The notes under the pieces were generated by a model. It had not been told where the DNA came from, did no database searches, and was given only the letters and a program-made list of their open reading frames with translations. Shown here in pieces: positions 1 to 8,929 of a stretch of 38,983 nucleotides of DNA. Source of the DNA: an uncultured Bacilli bacterium (GTDB lineage: Bacteria > Bacillota_I > Bacilli_A > RF39 > UBA660). The DNA lies in NCBI GenBank assembly GCA_944351375.1, contig CALVPN010000002.1:1-38983 (forward strand). The letters are read 5' to 3'. Position numbers and translations under genes: made by a program. The first letter of the stretch is position 1; the number at the start of each line of letters is the position of its first letter.

Positions 1-327
1 AATATTAATAGGTAGTTCAGCATCACTTGTACTAGTAACTTCTATTTTAGTTGGAATAAACTCCATTCCTCTTAATCTAACATTTTCATTTTTCTTTAAA
101 GTACCTGTTACTTTAATAGTAGACTCTGCTGTTAAATTATTAACTAACTCTACCATTTCAGCATTGTTTTCATCACTTTTTTCAATAGTTACTTGAACCT
201 TATCAGTAGAATCTCTTAATACTAAAAACTGTACCCATTTAATATTTCTAATGTTTTCAACAAAACCACTGATTTCTATTTCTTTATCAAAATAATTTTC
301 TAAATCTTTGAAATAAATTTTCTTCAT
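1..327 (-). CDS. aspS: class IIb aminoacyl-tRNA synthetase, N-terminal OB-fold part (probable aspartyl-tRNA synthetase); continues beyond window start
   Basis: Minus-strand ATG at 327, 3 nt after the hisS stop. My translation is MKKIYFKDLENYFDKEIEISGFVENIRNIKWVQFLVLRDSTDKVQVTI..., which resembles the anticodon-binding OB fold of archaeal-type AspRS/AsnRS. The hisS-aspS gene order is typical of Firmicutes. Confidence 0.55.
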   Translation of the reverse strand, partial: MKKIYFKDLENYFDKEIEISGFVENIRNIKWVQFLVLRDSTDKVQVTIEKSDENNAEMVELVNNLTAESTIKVTGTLKKNENVRLRGMEFIPTKIEVTSTSDAELPINI

Positions 328-330
328 TAA

Positions 331-1650
331 CTACACCTCTTCTTCATCATGATTATGATTATGACAACTGCACTCTTCCTCTATAGGCAAATTATCGTCA
401 CTTATATGTTCATCAAAGTAATAAATGATATATTCCATCATAATCTTTTCTTCTTCTTTAGTTTTATTATTTTTAATAGTAATTAAACCTTCATTTAAGT
501 CATCACTGTTTAATAGTATTAAATATTTACTATTAAAGTAATCTGCTCTTTTAAACTGACTCTTTAAACTTCTTTTAGTATATTCTGTTTCTACTACAAA
601 ACCTGACATTCTAAGTTCGTTGGCAAGATAAATAGCATTTTTCTTTTCATCTTCATTAACATACATAATGAAAGCATCTATATCATCTCTAACATTATCT
701 ATATCTCTAGAGATTATTTCATCAACTAATCTATCAAGTCCAACTGCATAACCTACACATGGTGTTTCTGGTCCACCTAACATACTAACTAAGGTGTCAT
801 ATCTTCCTCCACCACCTAGTGCAAGATTATTATTTTCAGTCATTAGTTCAAAAACAGTATGATTATAATAATCAAGTCCTCTTACTATTTTAGAATCTAT
901 TTCATATTTAACTTCTAATAAGTCAAGATATTCACATACTTTATTAAAGTGTTCCTTACTTTCTTCATTTAAATAATCTAATATTTTAGGAGCATCTTTA
1001 AAGTAGTCTTTATTACTATCTACTTTACAGTCTATAATCCTTAAAGGGTTCTTATCGAACCTTTCCTTACAATCATCACATAAATCGTCTAAATGAGGCT
1101 TAAAGTACTCTTTTAAGGCTTCTCTATATTTATCACGTGATTCTTTATCTCCTAGACTATTAATATGTACTACTGTATCAGTTAGTCCTAACATTTTATT
1201 GATGTTGTAAGCAAGGGAGATTACTTCTGCATCAATTATTGGATCACTACTACCTAGAACCTCTACCCCATATTGACTAAGTTCTCTATATCTACCCTTC
1301 TGAGGCCTTTCATAACGATACATTGTCCCATTATAATAAACTTTAACAGGTAAGTTATGAGTACCATACATTTTATTTTCTATATAACTTCTAACTACTC
1401 CTGCAGTTCCTTCTGGTCTTAATGTAATAGATCTATCCCCTCTATCTTTAAAGTCATACGTTTCCTTAGTAACAATATCAGTAGAATCTCCTATTCCTCT
1501 ATGAAATAGCTCTGTTGATTCAAATATAGGTGTTCTAATATAATTATAGTTATACTTTTCCATACATGAATCTATAACTTCTTCTACATATTTCCATGTT
1601 CTTGCCAACTTATCCGTTAAATCAACTGTTCCTTTTGGTTTACTAATCAT
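331..1650 (-). CDS. hisS: histidyl-tRNA synthetase
   Basis: 439-aa ORF with class II HisRS signatures (LRPEGTAGVVR, GGGGRYD). It has an unusual C-terminal tail, EEECSCHNHNHDEEEV. Confidence 0.93.
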   Translation of the reverse strand: MISKPKGTVDLTDKLARTWKYVEEVIDSCMEKYNYNYIRTPIFESTELFHRGIGDSTDIVTKETYDFKDRGDRSITLRPEGTAGVVRSYIENKMYGTHNLPVKVYYNGTMYRYERPQKGRYRELSQYGVEVLGSSDPIIDAEVISLAYNINKMLGLTDTVVHINSLGDKESRDKYREALKEYFKPHLDDLCDDCKERFDKNPLRIIDCKVDSNKDYFKDAPKILDYLNEESKEHFNKVCEYLDLLEVKYEIDSKIVRGLDYYNHTVFELMTENNNLALGGGGRYDTLVSMLGGPETPCVGYAVGLDRLVDEIISRDIDNVRDDIDAFIMYVNEDEKKNAIYLANELRMSGFVVETEYTKRSLKSQFKRADYFNSKYLILLNSDDLNEGLITIKNNKTKEEEKIMMEYIIYYFDEHISDDNLPIEEECSCHNHNHDEEEV

Positions 1651-2024
1651 TATAATCCCTTTCTTTCTACCTGCTATTATACAGTAATTTTCTCTATTAG
1701 AAAAGATAAACCTTAAATTTTATTAAATTTAATACAAAATAAAAGAAGTCACCTAAACTCCTCTTTTTTTGTTTAATTTGGGCGACTATAAAACAAAATA
1801 AGATGGTAAAGAGAGTCAGATGACTTAGGAAATTTCTTTCCTAATACAAATATATAATAAAACTTAAAAAGTTACAAGTACGAGTTTTCGTAAACGCACT
1901 CAAACCCTTTAATATCAACAAAAATTTATTATTATTTTTTTTACTTTAAACGGAACAAACAGAGATAAAACTAGTAATTCTATACAAAAATAACCAAATT
2001 AAGTTAATATAAGTTCTTAAAAAC

Positions 2025-3920
2025 TTATGAAAAATCTATTACCTCTTCAGTTCTTTTAATATCTTCTAAAATATTGTTAATTTTTACTATCATCAAATCA
2101 TTTTTATTATTTAATATTTCTTCTATTCTTCTAGATTTATCATTAGTATTATCTAAATAATTATAATCAAAGTTATTAATTGTATCCGTTAATAATTTTT
2201 CATCATCTAATAAAACTTTTATTATATCTTTAACACTTACACTATCTTTAGACAATACATTTTCTACAAAAGTATTATTATCTTTTTGATATAGATATCT
2301 TTTAAAGATATTTTCAAGTAATAGTTTTAAATAATTGTTTCTATTGACACTACTAGCTAAATCTCTAGCTTTATACTTAGATGTAAATTTTAAAGTATTA
2401 CCTGTTTTTAAATAGTCTATAACAGCATAATTACCTTGTCCTTTCTTATAGACTTTATCACAAATGGATATAACAGTGCTTAGATCTAAAACAGTATTTA
2501 TATCTTTAAAAATAGTGTTATCATCTTTTGTAATAGTTACATTTATTTTAGGACTACTTTCAAGTAGTTTTAATTCGTTAACCCTCATATTTAAATAATC
2601 TCTAATCTTCTCATAATTAGTTTTAATATTAGTAGTCACTTCTAATTCATTAATTATATTATCACTAGTATTAACACTAGGTACAATATTTTCTTTTATA
2701 TAGTTACTAGTCAAAAGAGAACCTATAGTATTACTATCATATAGAGTTTTTAAGATACTTTTAGTATTAAATTCACTCTTTATATTAGGATTTAATAAAA
2801 CTTCTATTATAAGGCGTTCTACTTCTTTTAATTTAGTATCGCTTTCTTCTTCATAGTTAGGAAAATACTTATCTATTGATATATCATTATAAGTAATATT
2901 AGGATACTTATTACTTGGTTTATGATTTACTAGTAGAGCAATATCGTCAATAAAAGAAAGTTGAATTGTTATAGCATTTTCTAATTCTTGTAATCTTGTT
3001 TTATATTTTAATATTAAATCATCTATTTCCTTAGTCATTCTTGTTTTATAACTTTTCTCAATATACCTCATATATTCATTAATATCATAATAAATACCAG
3101 CATTCCTTATAATTAGTTTACATGTATCTATAATATTATCTTTAGTTAAAACTAAATTAGGAAGACTACTAAAACTTTGATTTAATATTTCTATTTCTTT
3201 TTCTTCTTTAATAATAGCATAATATTTACTACCATCTTCAAGAGTGTATAAAGCATAGACTAAATTGCTATTATTTATATAGGTAGAATCTACTATTTGA
3301 TCATTTATTTTAGCAAATAAAGAGAATACTCTCTCATTTTCCTTACCTAATTTAGCATTAATATCCTTCTCTTTATAATTAGATAATATTTCTTGAACTC
3401 GATTAATAAATGAAGTAATAATATTGATATCTCTAGTATTTTTCACTTCATTATATAATGGCAATAAAGATTCTAATAAGCTTTTAGATAGTACAGTATT
3501 ATTTAAGGCCATAATAACTTCATTAGCTTTTTTTATTAAGTTATTATATTCTAATAAAAAGTTATCATTTTCTATAATATTTAGAGTTTTACTATTTAAA
3601 GCATTATAAGTATCTAAAAGCTCATTATATATTTCATTTAAGGATGTTAGTTTAACTTTAGAATTATCTTCATTTTCTAAAGAAGTAATCTTTTTTGTAA
3701 TTTTATCTTTAAAGGCAATATAATCGTTAAACTCTTCTTTAGGAATAATATCTTGTACTCTAACTAAAATCTGATTATAATAGCCCATTAATTGATTTAT
3801 TATAGTTATTTTAAGTTTTATTTCTTCATCTAAAATAGTTTTATTACTAGAATCAATAAAGCTTTTTATTTCAGATCTATCATCATCAAGTTCTTTTAAA
3901 ACTTCAAAATTATAAGCCAT
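2025..3920 (-). CDS. hypothetical protein, large Asn/Lys/Ile-rich, probably helical/coiled-coil, no signal peptide
   Basis: Uninterrupted 631-aa ORF. No family motif recognised. First gene of a tightly spaced three-gene cluster. Confidence 0.7.
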   Translation of the reverse strand: MAYNFEVLKELDDDRSEIKSFIDSSNKTILDEEIKLKITIINQLMGYYNQILVRVQDIIPKEEFNDYIAFKDKITKKITSLENEDNSKVKLTSLNEIYNELLDTYNALNSKTLNIIENDNFLLEYNNLIKKANEVIMALNNTVLSKSLLESLLPLYNEVKNTRDINIITSFINRVQEILSNYKEKDINAKLGKENERVFSLFAKINDQIVDSTYINNSNLVYALYTLEDGSKYYAIIKEEKEIEILNQSFSSLPNLVLTKDNIIDTCKLIIRNAGIYYDINEYMRYIEKSYKTRMTKEIDDLILKYKTRLQELENAITIQLSFIDDIALLVNHKPSNKYPNITYNDISIDKYFPNYEEESDTKLKEVERLIIEVLLNPNIKSEFNTKSILKTLYDSNTIGSLLTSNYIKENIVPSVNTSDNIINELEVTTNIKTNYEKIRDYLNMRVNELKLLESSPKINVTITKDDNTIFKDINTVLDLSTVISICDKVYKKGQGNYAVIDYLKTGNTLKFTSKYKARDLASSVNRNNYLKLLLENIFKRYLYQKDNNTFVENVLSKDSVSVKDIIKVLLDDEKLLTDTINNFDYNYLDNTNDKSRRIEEILNNKNDLMIVKINNILEDIKRTEEVIDFS

Positions 3921-3975
3921 AACACCACTTCCTATTCTTAGGAAAATTATAGCAGAAAAAAAGCAAATAGTAAAA

Positions 3976-5373
3976 CTATTTTGTCATACCATTTGCTTCC
4001 ATAGTGTTTGTATCTTCAAAACTTATACTTCCATCTGTATTAACAACAATATTACCTGCTTCACCATTAGCCATAGCTTCTACTGCTTTAGAAGCCGCTA
4101 TTTCTAAATCAGTTGGTGTTGTAGTAGCAGTAGTATTTGTAGTTGTTATATTTTCATCTTGATATACTGGTACTTCTTGAGTATTTTCTTCTCCTGTAAT
4201 TTCAGATGATTGTTGACCATTATTATTTTGTTGTAATTCCTCATCACTTGTTACATAATCACCATTTGCTGTATTATTAGGATCAGGTAATGGATCATTT
4301 GGATTTGCATAATCTAATTCATAATCATCACCTACTCCTACTTCAAAATCAACAGATCCTTCATTACCCAAATAGTTATCATCAAGGATAATATCTTCCT
4401 GATTTGTAGGCTGGTCCCCTCCACCTGCTGGTACATCAATTTCTTCGCTATAATCATTATCTGGTTTTTCACCTTCTTGATAATTATTATCTTCTTCACC
4501 TTCACTTACATTTCCATATGGATTATCTGGAGTTTCTGAATCAGTTGGTGGAGTTGGATTATTAGTAGATCCATCTATACTAGCATTTGGATCTTGGAAC
4601 CCTCCTAATGATTCATTAACAGTACCAGGTGTAGTTGTAACATTTGAACCACTATTTGTTGGTTGTGTCCAAGAAGTATCATATGTATAGTAGCCTGTAC
4701 TACTTTGTTCAGCAGTTACTACAGGTTCTTCAGGAGTCTCTGCTGTTTTCTCTTCTTCTTTTTGATTTATTGCTTCATCTATATATTTACCAATACCTCC
4801 AATTTCACCTGTAATACCTACTTTAGGTCCATCATTAGTTGGACTTTTAGATTTGTTTATAAAAAATGCTCCAATTCCAAATGCTACAGCAATAGCAACA
4901 AAAGCAGATGAATATTTAATTTTTTTTGCCTTAGGTAAATCTTTAAATCTATACCATGCTTTTTTAGGAAGGTTTAAAATTGTAGATTTTAAATTCTTAC
5001 CTCTATTAAGTAGTCTACTAAATATTGAACCTTTTGCTTCCTTATCATATTGATCTTTAGCTTTATCAAAGTCATCACTATTAAGCTTTACATTCTTATT
5101 AGCTTTTTTAATGTGAAGAAAGACATCATTTTTATCTTTACAGTTAAAGTTAAAGATATCTTTTTCTTTTGCTAATTTATTAGCATCTTCTTTAGTTTTA
5201 CATTTTCTATTCTTAAGCAAATCTGTAGTTAAACCTCTAGCTTCGTCTAAATCATCTGTAAAACCATAATTAATATTACCTTTAGAATCTTCATAAGTAT
5301 AAACGAACATTCTAACCTTATTTCCATCTTCGTCATAGTCATAATAACTATATAAACCTGTAATTCTATCCAT
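3976..5373 (-). CDS. hypothetical bitopic membrane protein with an acidic/Pro/Thr-rich low-complexity C-terminal half
   Basis: 465-aa ORF with a single hydrophobic helix (SSAFVAIAVAFGIGAFFI) near residue 165, followed by a long low-complexity region (TTNTTATTTPTD, PNDPLPDPNNT). Confidence 0.7.
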   Translation of the reverse strand: MDRITGLYSYYDYDEDGNKVRMFVYTYEDSKGNINYGFTDDLDEARGLTTDLLKNRKCKTKEDANKLAKEKDIFNFNCKDKNDVFLHIKKANKNVKLNSDDFDKAKDQYDKEAKGSIFSRLLNRGKNLKSTILNLPKKAWYRFKDLPKAKKIKYSSAFVAIAVAFGIGAFFINKSKSPTNDGPKVGITGEIGGIGKYIDEAINQKEEEKTAETPEEPVVTAEQSSTGYYTYDTSWTQPTNSGSNVTTTPGTVNESLGGFQDPNASIDGSTNNPTPPTDSETPDNPYGNVSEGEEDNNYQEGEKPDNDYSEEIDVPAGGGDQPTNQEDIILDDNYLGNEGSVDFEVGVGDDYELDYANPNDPLPDPNNTANGDYVTSDEELQQNNNGQQSSEITGEENTQEVPVYQDENITTTNTTATTTPTDLEIAASKAVEAMANGEAGNIVVNTDGSISFEDTNTMEANGMTK

Positions 5374-5384
5374 ATTTTCCTCTC

Positions 5385-6341
5385 CTATCTCATATTACCT
5401 GTATAAGTATAACCATTATTTAATAAATTAGTGTCATTATAAGTACTCCACTTCGTATCAGTAGAACCACTACTTATTAATGTTCTTGTTCTATAACTAA
5501 AATAATGTACTCTTTTATACACTGCTTCTCCATCATTTGTAGTACCAACTTTTTCAATTCTTGAATACAACTGAATCTCTTTTAAACAATTGGCATCATT
5601 TAAACCACATATAACAGCGTTAACTCTATTATTATTATATTCCCATTCACTCCACTCACTCCAATTAGATAAAACGGGATTAATTACTTTTCTATACTCA
5701 TACATTGTAATAACTTGAGGTGAATTATTTGAAGTACTATTACTTGATGTATTAGTATTTTCATTATTAATAATATTAGAGTTATTACTATTAGAAGAAG
5801 ACTCTGTAATCTCTACCTCTTTAGTAGGCTCTTCCTTTTTAATTTCATTTTTATCCTCTTTACTACTATCTTTTTTACAGATAGCATTTTCACAATAACT
5901 GTATTCTCCTACTTTCATAAGAGAATAATCCTCTTTTTCTTGACACTTAAGATTTACTTTTAATGTATAATCATTATCATTTTTAGTTAATCTAATATAA
6001 CTATTATTAACATCACAAGATTTACCATCTGCATCTGTAAATGCTACTAATAAATTTCTATTAACCATATCTCTTAATGTTAATTCTACTTTTTCTCCTA
6101 CTTCTTTAGGTAAATTATCTTTTGTATAATAATTAAAGGCTGCACTTTCCATTTTTTCTAAATTTTCACTAAATACTTTATCATAGTTAGAACTCGCTCT
6201 ATTAGCATTACTTTCTTTATTAGAACTTGTTAATTTTGTAATAATGAAAATTATCAAGATTAAAAAAATTATAACTACTATTGCTTTTAATAAAATATCT
6301 CTTAATGGAAATCTACCTCTAGCATTCTCCTCTGTATACAT
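5385..6341 (-). CDS. hypothetical N-terminally membrane-anchored protein with a WSEWSEW motif
   Basis: 318-aa ORF starting 11 nt after the upstream gene's stop. N-terminal helix ILLKAIVVIIFLILIIFIITKL. Has an Asn/Ser-rich linker, then SNWSEWSEWEY followed by Cys residues. Confidence 0.7.
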   Translation of the reverse strand: MYTEENARGRFPLRDILLKAIVVIIFLILIIFIITKLTSSNKESNANRASSNYDKVFSENLEKMESAAFNYYTKDNLPKEVGEKVELTLRDMVNRNLLVAFTDADGKSCDVNNSYIRLTKNDNDYTLKVNLKCQEKEDYSLMKVGEYSYCENAICKKDSSKEDKNEIKKEEPTKEVEITESSSNSNNSNIINNENTNTSSNSTSNNSPQVITMYEYRKVINPVLSNWSEWSEWEYNNNRVNAVICGLNDANCLKEIQLYSRIEKVGTTNDGEAVYKRVHYFSYRTRTLISSGSTDTKWSTYNDTNLLNNGYTYTGNMR

Positions 6342-6390
6342 AACTTAATTCCCCCTTTTCCTTAAGTTTGGGCATATTATACCATATTTT

Positions 6391-6657
6391 TTAAAGATTG
6401 TCAAACTTCAGTGTAACAAGTGTACACCCTGGATTCATAAAATCTAATTTATATTCTAAAACTCGTTTTTCTTTTTGCAAATAACTTCCTATTGCATCTT
6501 TTAAAATACCAGATCCAATACCATGTATTATAACAATGTTTTTATATTTGAGCTTATAACAATCATCTATAAATTCTTTTACTTTAAAAACAGCATATTC
6601 TCTATCCATACCATGTAAATCAATACTAGGATAACTAGATAATATCAAGATCCTCAC
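6391..6657 (-). CDS. Smr (small MutS-related) domain protein
   Basis: 88-aa ORF with Smr hallmarks IDLHG...IIHGIGSGILK. Its start overlaps the 3' end of the kinase gene. Confidence 0.8.
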   Translation of the reverse strand: MRILILSSYPSIDLHGMDREYAVFKVKEFIDDCYKLKYKNIVIIHGIGSGILKDAIGSYLQKEKRVLEYKLDFMNPGCTLVTLKFDNL

Positions 6658-7537
6658 TTCTTTCTAAAACGCTTTTTAAACTAGGAATTGAATAGCGTCC
6701 ACCAACTTTTAATGTTGATAAAGCTCCTGTAATATTTGCTAATCTGCAAGTATCTTCAAGACTATAACCATGGGTTATAAAGTACGTAAAAGCCCCATGA
6801 AATATATCACCTGCTCCTGTTGTATCAACAGCTTTCACTTTAATGCTTGGTATTAATTTATATTCATCACCAATTTTAGTAAAACAACCTCTATCTTCTA
6901 AAGTAATAATAACATTATTATGAAAATCATTAACTAACTTTTCGTGCATTTTAATAAGATTTTCAATCTCACCATCATATGGTAATTTAGTATAATCAAG
7001 AGCAAAGTTTTTAGAACAGACAAGATAGTCTACTAAAGGACATAGATTAACAGTTGATGGTTTACAAGTACCAGCATCTATTATTTTAACAGCATCTTTA
7101 TTATTAAGAAGAACCCTTTTACTCATCTCTTCTTCTTCACCATCTACTAAGATAACATCATATTTATTATCATTAAGAATACTACATCTAGCGATAAAAT
7201 CATCTTGACTTGTCAATATAGTCCTTGATGTATTCGTTGTATTGGCAATTATATAACTAAGATTAGTATCCATAGAATCAATAAGTTCTAAAAAGTTAGT
7301 ATCAACACCAACACTGTTAAACTCTTCTTTAATCTTTCTTCCATAATAATCATTACCTACAACACCTTGAAAAGATACATCACATCCCCATAAAGATAAT
7401 AGATAACCAGCATTACTTGCAGGTCCCCCTCCACAATCAATATGTTTCCCAACACGTTTTTTAGTGTTTTCTATAGGAAAGCTATCAACTCGAAAAGTAA
7501 TATCATAAGAAGCATGGCCTATTGTTAAATATTTCAT
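6635..7537 (-). CDS. PfkB/ribokinase-family carbohydrate kinase
   Basis: Shows DTTGAGDIFHGAF and CGGGPASNAG motifs. The track ORF extends to 7621, but that extension reads through intron domains V/VI. MKYLTIGHASYD at 7537 is a typical family N-terminus. An in-frame TTG at 7555 is an alternative start. Confidence 0.85.
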   Translation of the reverse strand: MKYLTIGHASYDITFRVDSFPIENTKKRVGKHIDCGGGPASNAGYLLSLWGCDVSFQGVVGNDYYGRKIKEEFNSVGVDTNFLELIDSMDTNLSYIIANTTNTSRTILTSQDDFIARCSILNDNKYDVILVDGEEEEMSKRVLLNNKDAVKIIDAGTCKPSTVNLCPLVDYLVCSKNFALDYTKLPYDGEIENLIKMHEKLVNDFHNNVIITLEDRGCFTKIGDEYKLIPSIKVKAVDTTGAGDIFHGAFTYFITHGYSLEDTCRLANITGALSTLKVGGRYSIPSLKSVLERSEDLDII

Positions 7538-7613
7538 ATCATGTCGAGTAGACAAGTCTCGACTACACCTCTCTTTCTTTTTTAGTGAGAGGTTTGTCTC
7601 ATTGCCCCTCACA

Positions 7614-7646
7614 GAACCCATCGTGCCCTATTAAGGCAATAGGCTC
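7614..7646 (-). ncRNA. group II intron domain V (catalytic hairpin)
   Basis: Minus strand reads GAGCCTATTGCCTTAATAGGGCACGATGGGTTC. GAGCCTAT pairs with ATGGGTTC, there is a 2-nt CG bulge on the 3' strand, and the AGC triad is at the base. This matches the domain V consensus architecture. Confidence 0.8.
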
Positions 7647-7657
7647 TTCAAATAATC

Positions 7658-8929
7658 TTATATATTCCAGTACCAAATATCTTTGTATATCTTAGGCTCA
7701 GCTATCGGAACTCTTTTAAGTATTTTATTAAATGTTTTGATACTAAGTTTTCTTTGGCTTCTCCTAAATATACTACTTCCGAGTGCATACAAGGTATGAT
7801 AATATATCTTGTATAATTCAATAAGCATACCATTTATTCCATAGTAAGCATATAATCCTATTAATTTCTTATTTAATAGTTTTATTATCTCTATAAATTT
7901 TACTGCTCTATGTTCTTTAATCCATTTTGTAATTGCCTGTTGTTTTAGTTTCTTTTTCTTCTTACTCATTTTATGCCCTACTGTATACTTACCATTTCTT
8001 GTTGTTCCATTGTAGTGCATAAAGCCAAGAAAATCAAATGTTTCTTTTGTTCCTTTAAATCTGCCAAATGGAAGTATTCTTGTTTTATCTTGTTCCATTT
8101 TTAATCCAAATTTTGCTAATCTTTTAATTAATAATTGATATACTTGTTTAGCCTCATTTTCATATTGAAACATTATTATGAAGTCATCAGCATACCTTAC
8201 TAAATATGCTTCTCCTTTTAATTTAGGCTTTATGTACTTTTCAAAGAATAGGTCTAGTACATAATGAAGATATACATTGGCAAGTATTGGCGATATTAGC
8301 CCACCTTGTGGTGTACCTTTATCAGTTTCATAGTATTTCATATCTTCCATGTAACCACTTATTAGAAATCTATTAATGTATCTTAGAAATACTTTATCAT
8401 TAATGTCATGTTCCAGAAATTTCATTAGCCATTTATGGTCAACATTATCAAAGAACCCTTTAATATCACAGTCTAGTATATAGTTAACTTTGTTAATCAT
8501 AATTCGCTGATTTATTTCCCTTATTGCTTGATGGCAACTTCTTTTTGGTCTAAACCCATATGAGCATTCTAGAAATTTGCATTCATAGATTTCGTTTAAT
8601 ATGTCTGCCATAACTCCTTGTACCAATTTATCTTCATATGCTGGTATCCCAAGTGGTCTTAGTTTTCCATTTGCTTTAGGAATATATGTTCTTCTTACTG
8701 GCAATGGTTTATAACTAAATTTCTTCATACGCTCAATTAAATTTTCTATATTGTCTTCTAAACTGATTCCATATTCATCTTTAGTCATTTTATCTATACC
8801 ACTTGCTTTATTTCTTTGTTGTTTCCTGTGTTGTTCTTTTAATCTTTCTTTATTGACAAAATGAATTAAGTTTTCAACTTTGATATTTCTTTGTGCATAA
8901 TATTTTATATCTTTTCGTTCATTTTCCAC
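7658..8929 (-). CDS. group II intron reverse transcriptase/maturase (intron-encoded protein, RT plus X domains, no HNH/En domain)
   Basis: Motifs RPLGIPAYEDKLVQ, GTPQGGLISPILANVYL, YADDFII, and an X-domain-like LIGLYAYYGI. GTG start at 8929, about 10 nt downstream of a GAGGAGG SD. Confidence 0.92.
   Translation of the reverse strand: MENERKDIKYYAQRNIKVENLIHFVNKERLKEQHRKQQRNKASGIDKMTKDEYGISLEDNIENLIERMKKFSYKPLPVRRTYIPKANGKLRPLGIPAYEDKLVQGVMADILNEIYECKFLECSYGFRPKRSCHQAIREINQRIMINKVNYILDCDIKGFFDNVDHKWLMKFLEHDINDKVFLRYINRFLISGYMEDMKYYETDKGTPQGGLISPILANVYLHYVLDLFFEKYIKPKLKGEAYLVRYADDFIIMFQYENEAKQVYQLLIKRLAKFGLKMEQDKTRILPFGRFKGTKETFDFLGFMHYNGTTRNGKYTVGHKMSKKKKKLKQQAITKWIKEHRAVKFIEIIKLLNKKLIGLYAYYGINGMLIELYKIYYHTLYALGSSIFRRSQRKLSIKTFNKILKRVPIAEPKIYKDIWYWNI

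Noticed and set aside
1651-2024. T-box riboswitch upstream of hisS
   Set aside because: I could not find the conserved T-box 14-mer (AGGGUGGNACCRCG-like) or a specifier loop with a His codon. Only generic hairpins are present. Kept as a low-interest finding.
3424-5053. Plus-strand ORFs 3424..3609, 4663..4911 and 4853..5053. The same applies to 9405..9629(-), 9675..9986(-), 11507..11695(+), 14356..14580(+), 16492..16689(+) and 31042..31320(+).
   Set aside because: These are shadow ORFs antisense to, or overlapping, well-supported genes or the intron RNA. Their composition is low-complexity Phe/Leu/Ile-rich, as expected of AT-rich antisense frames, and they lack an SD.
7538-7621. N-terminal 28-aa extension of the PfkB ORF (MGSVRGNETNLSLKKKERCSRDLSTRHD)
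   Set aside because: This stretch is a fortuitous open frame through intron domains V/VI and the leader hairpin. The family-typical N-terminus MKYLTIGH starts at 7537.
7658-8929. The reverse transcriptase as a DGR RT, retron or defence-type RT serving the nearby VR-like cassettes
   Set aside because: Its motifs are group II intron type (GTPQGGLISPILANVYL, YADDF, maturase X domain). It is also embedded in RNA with 5' GTGCG and a canonical domain V. DGR RTs carry a different motif 4 (SQ) and lack intron RNA domains.
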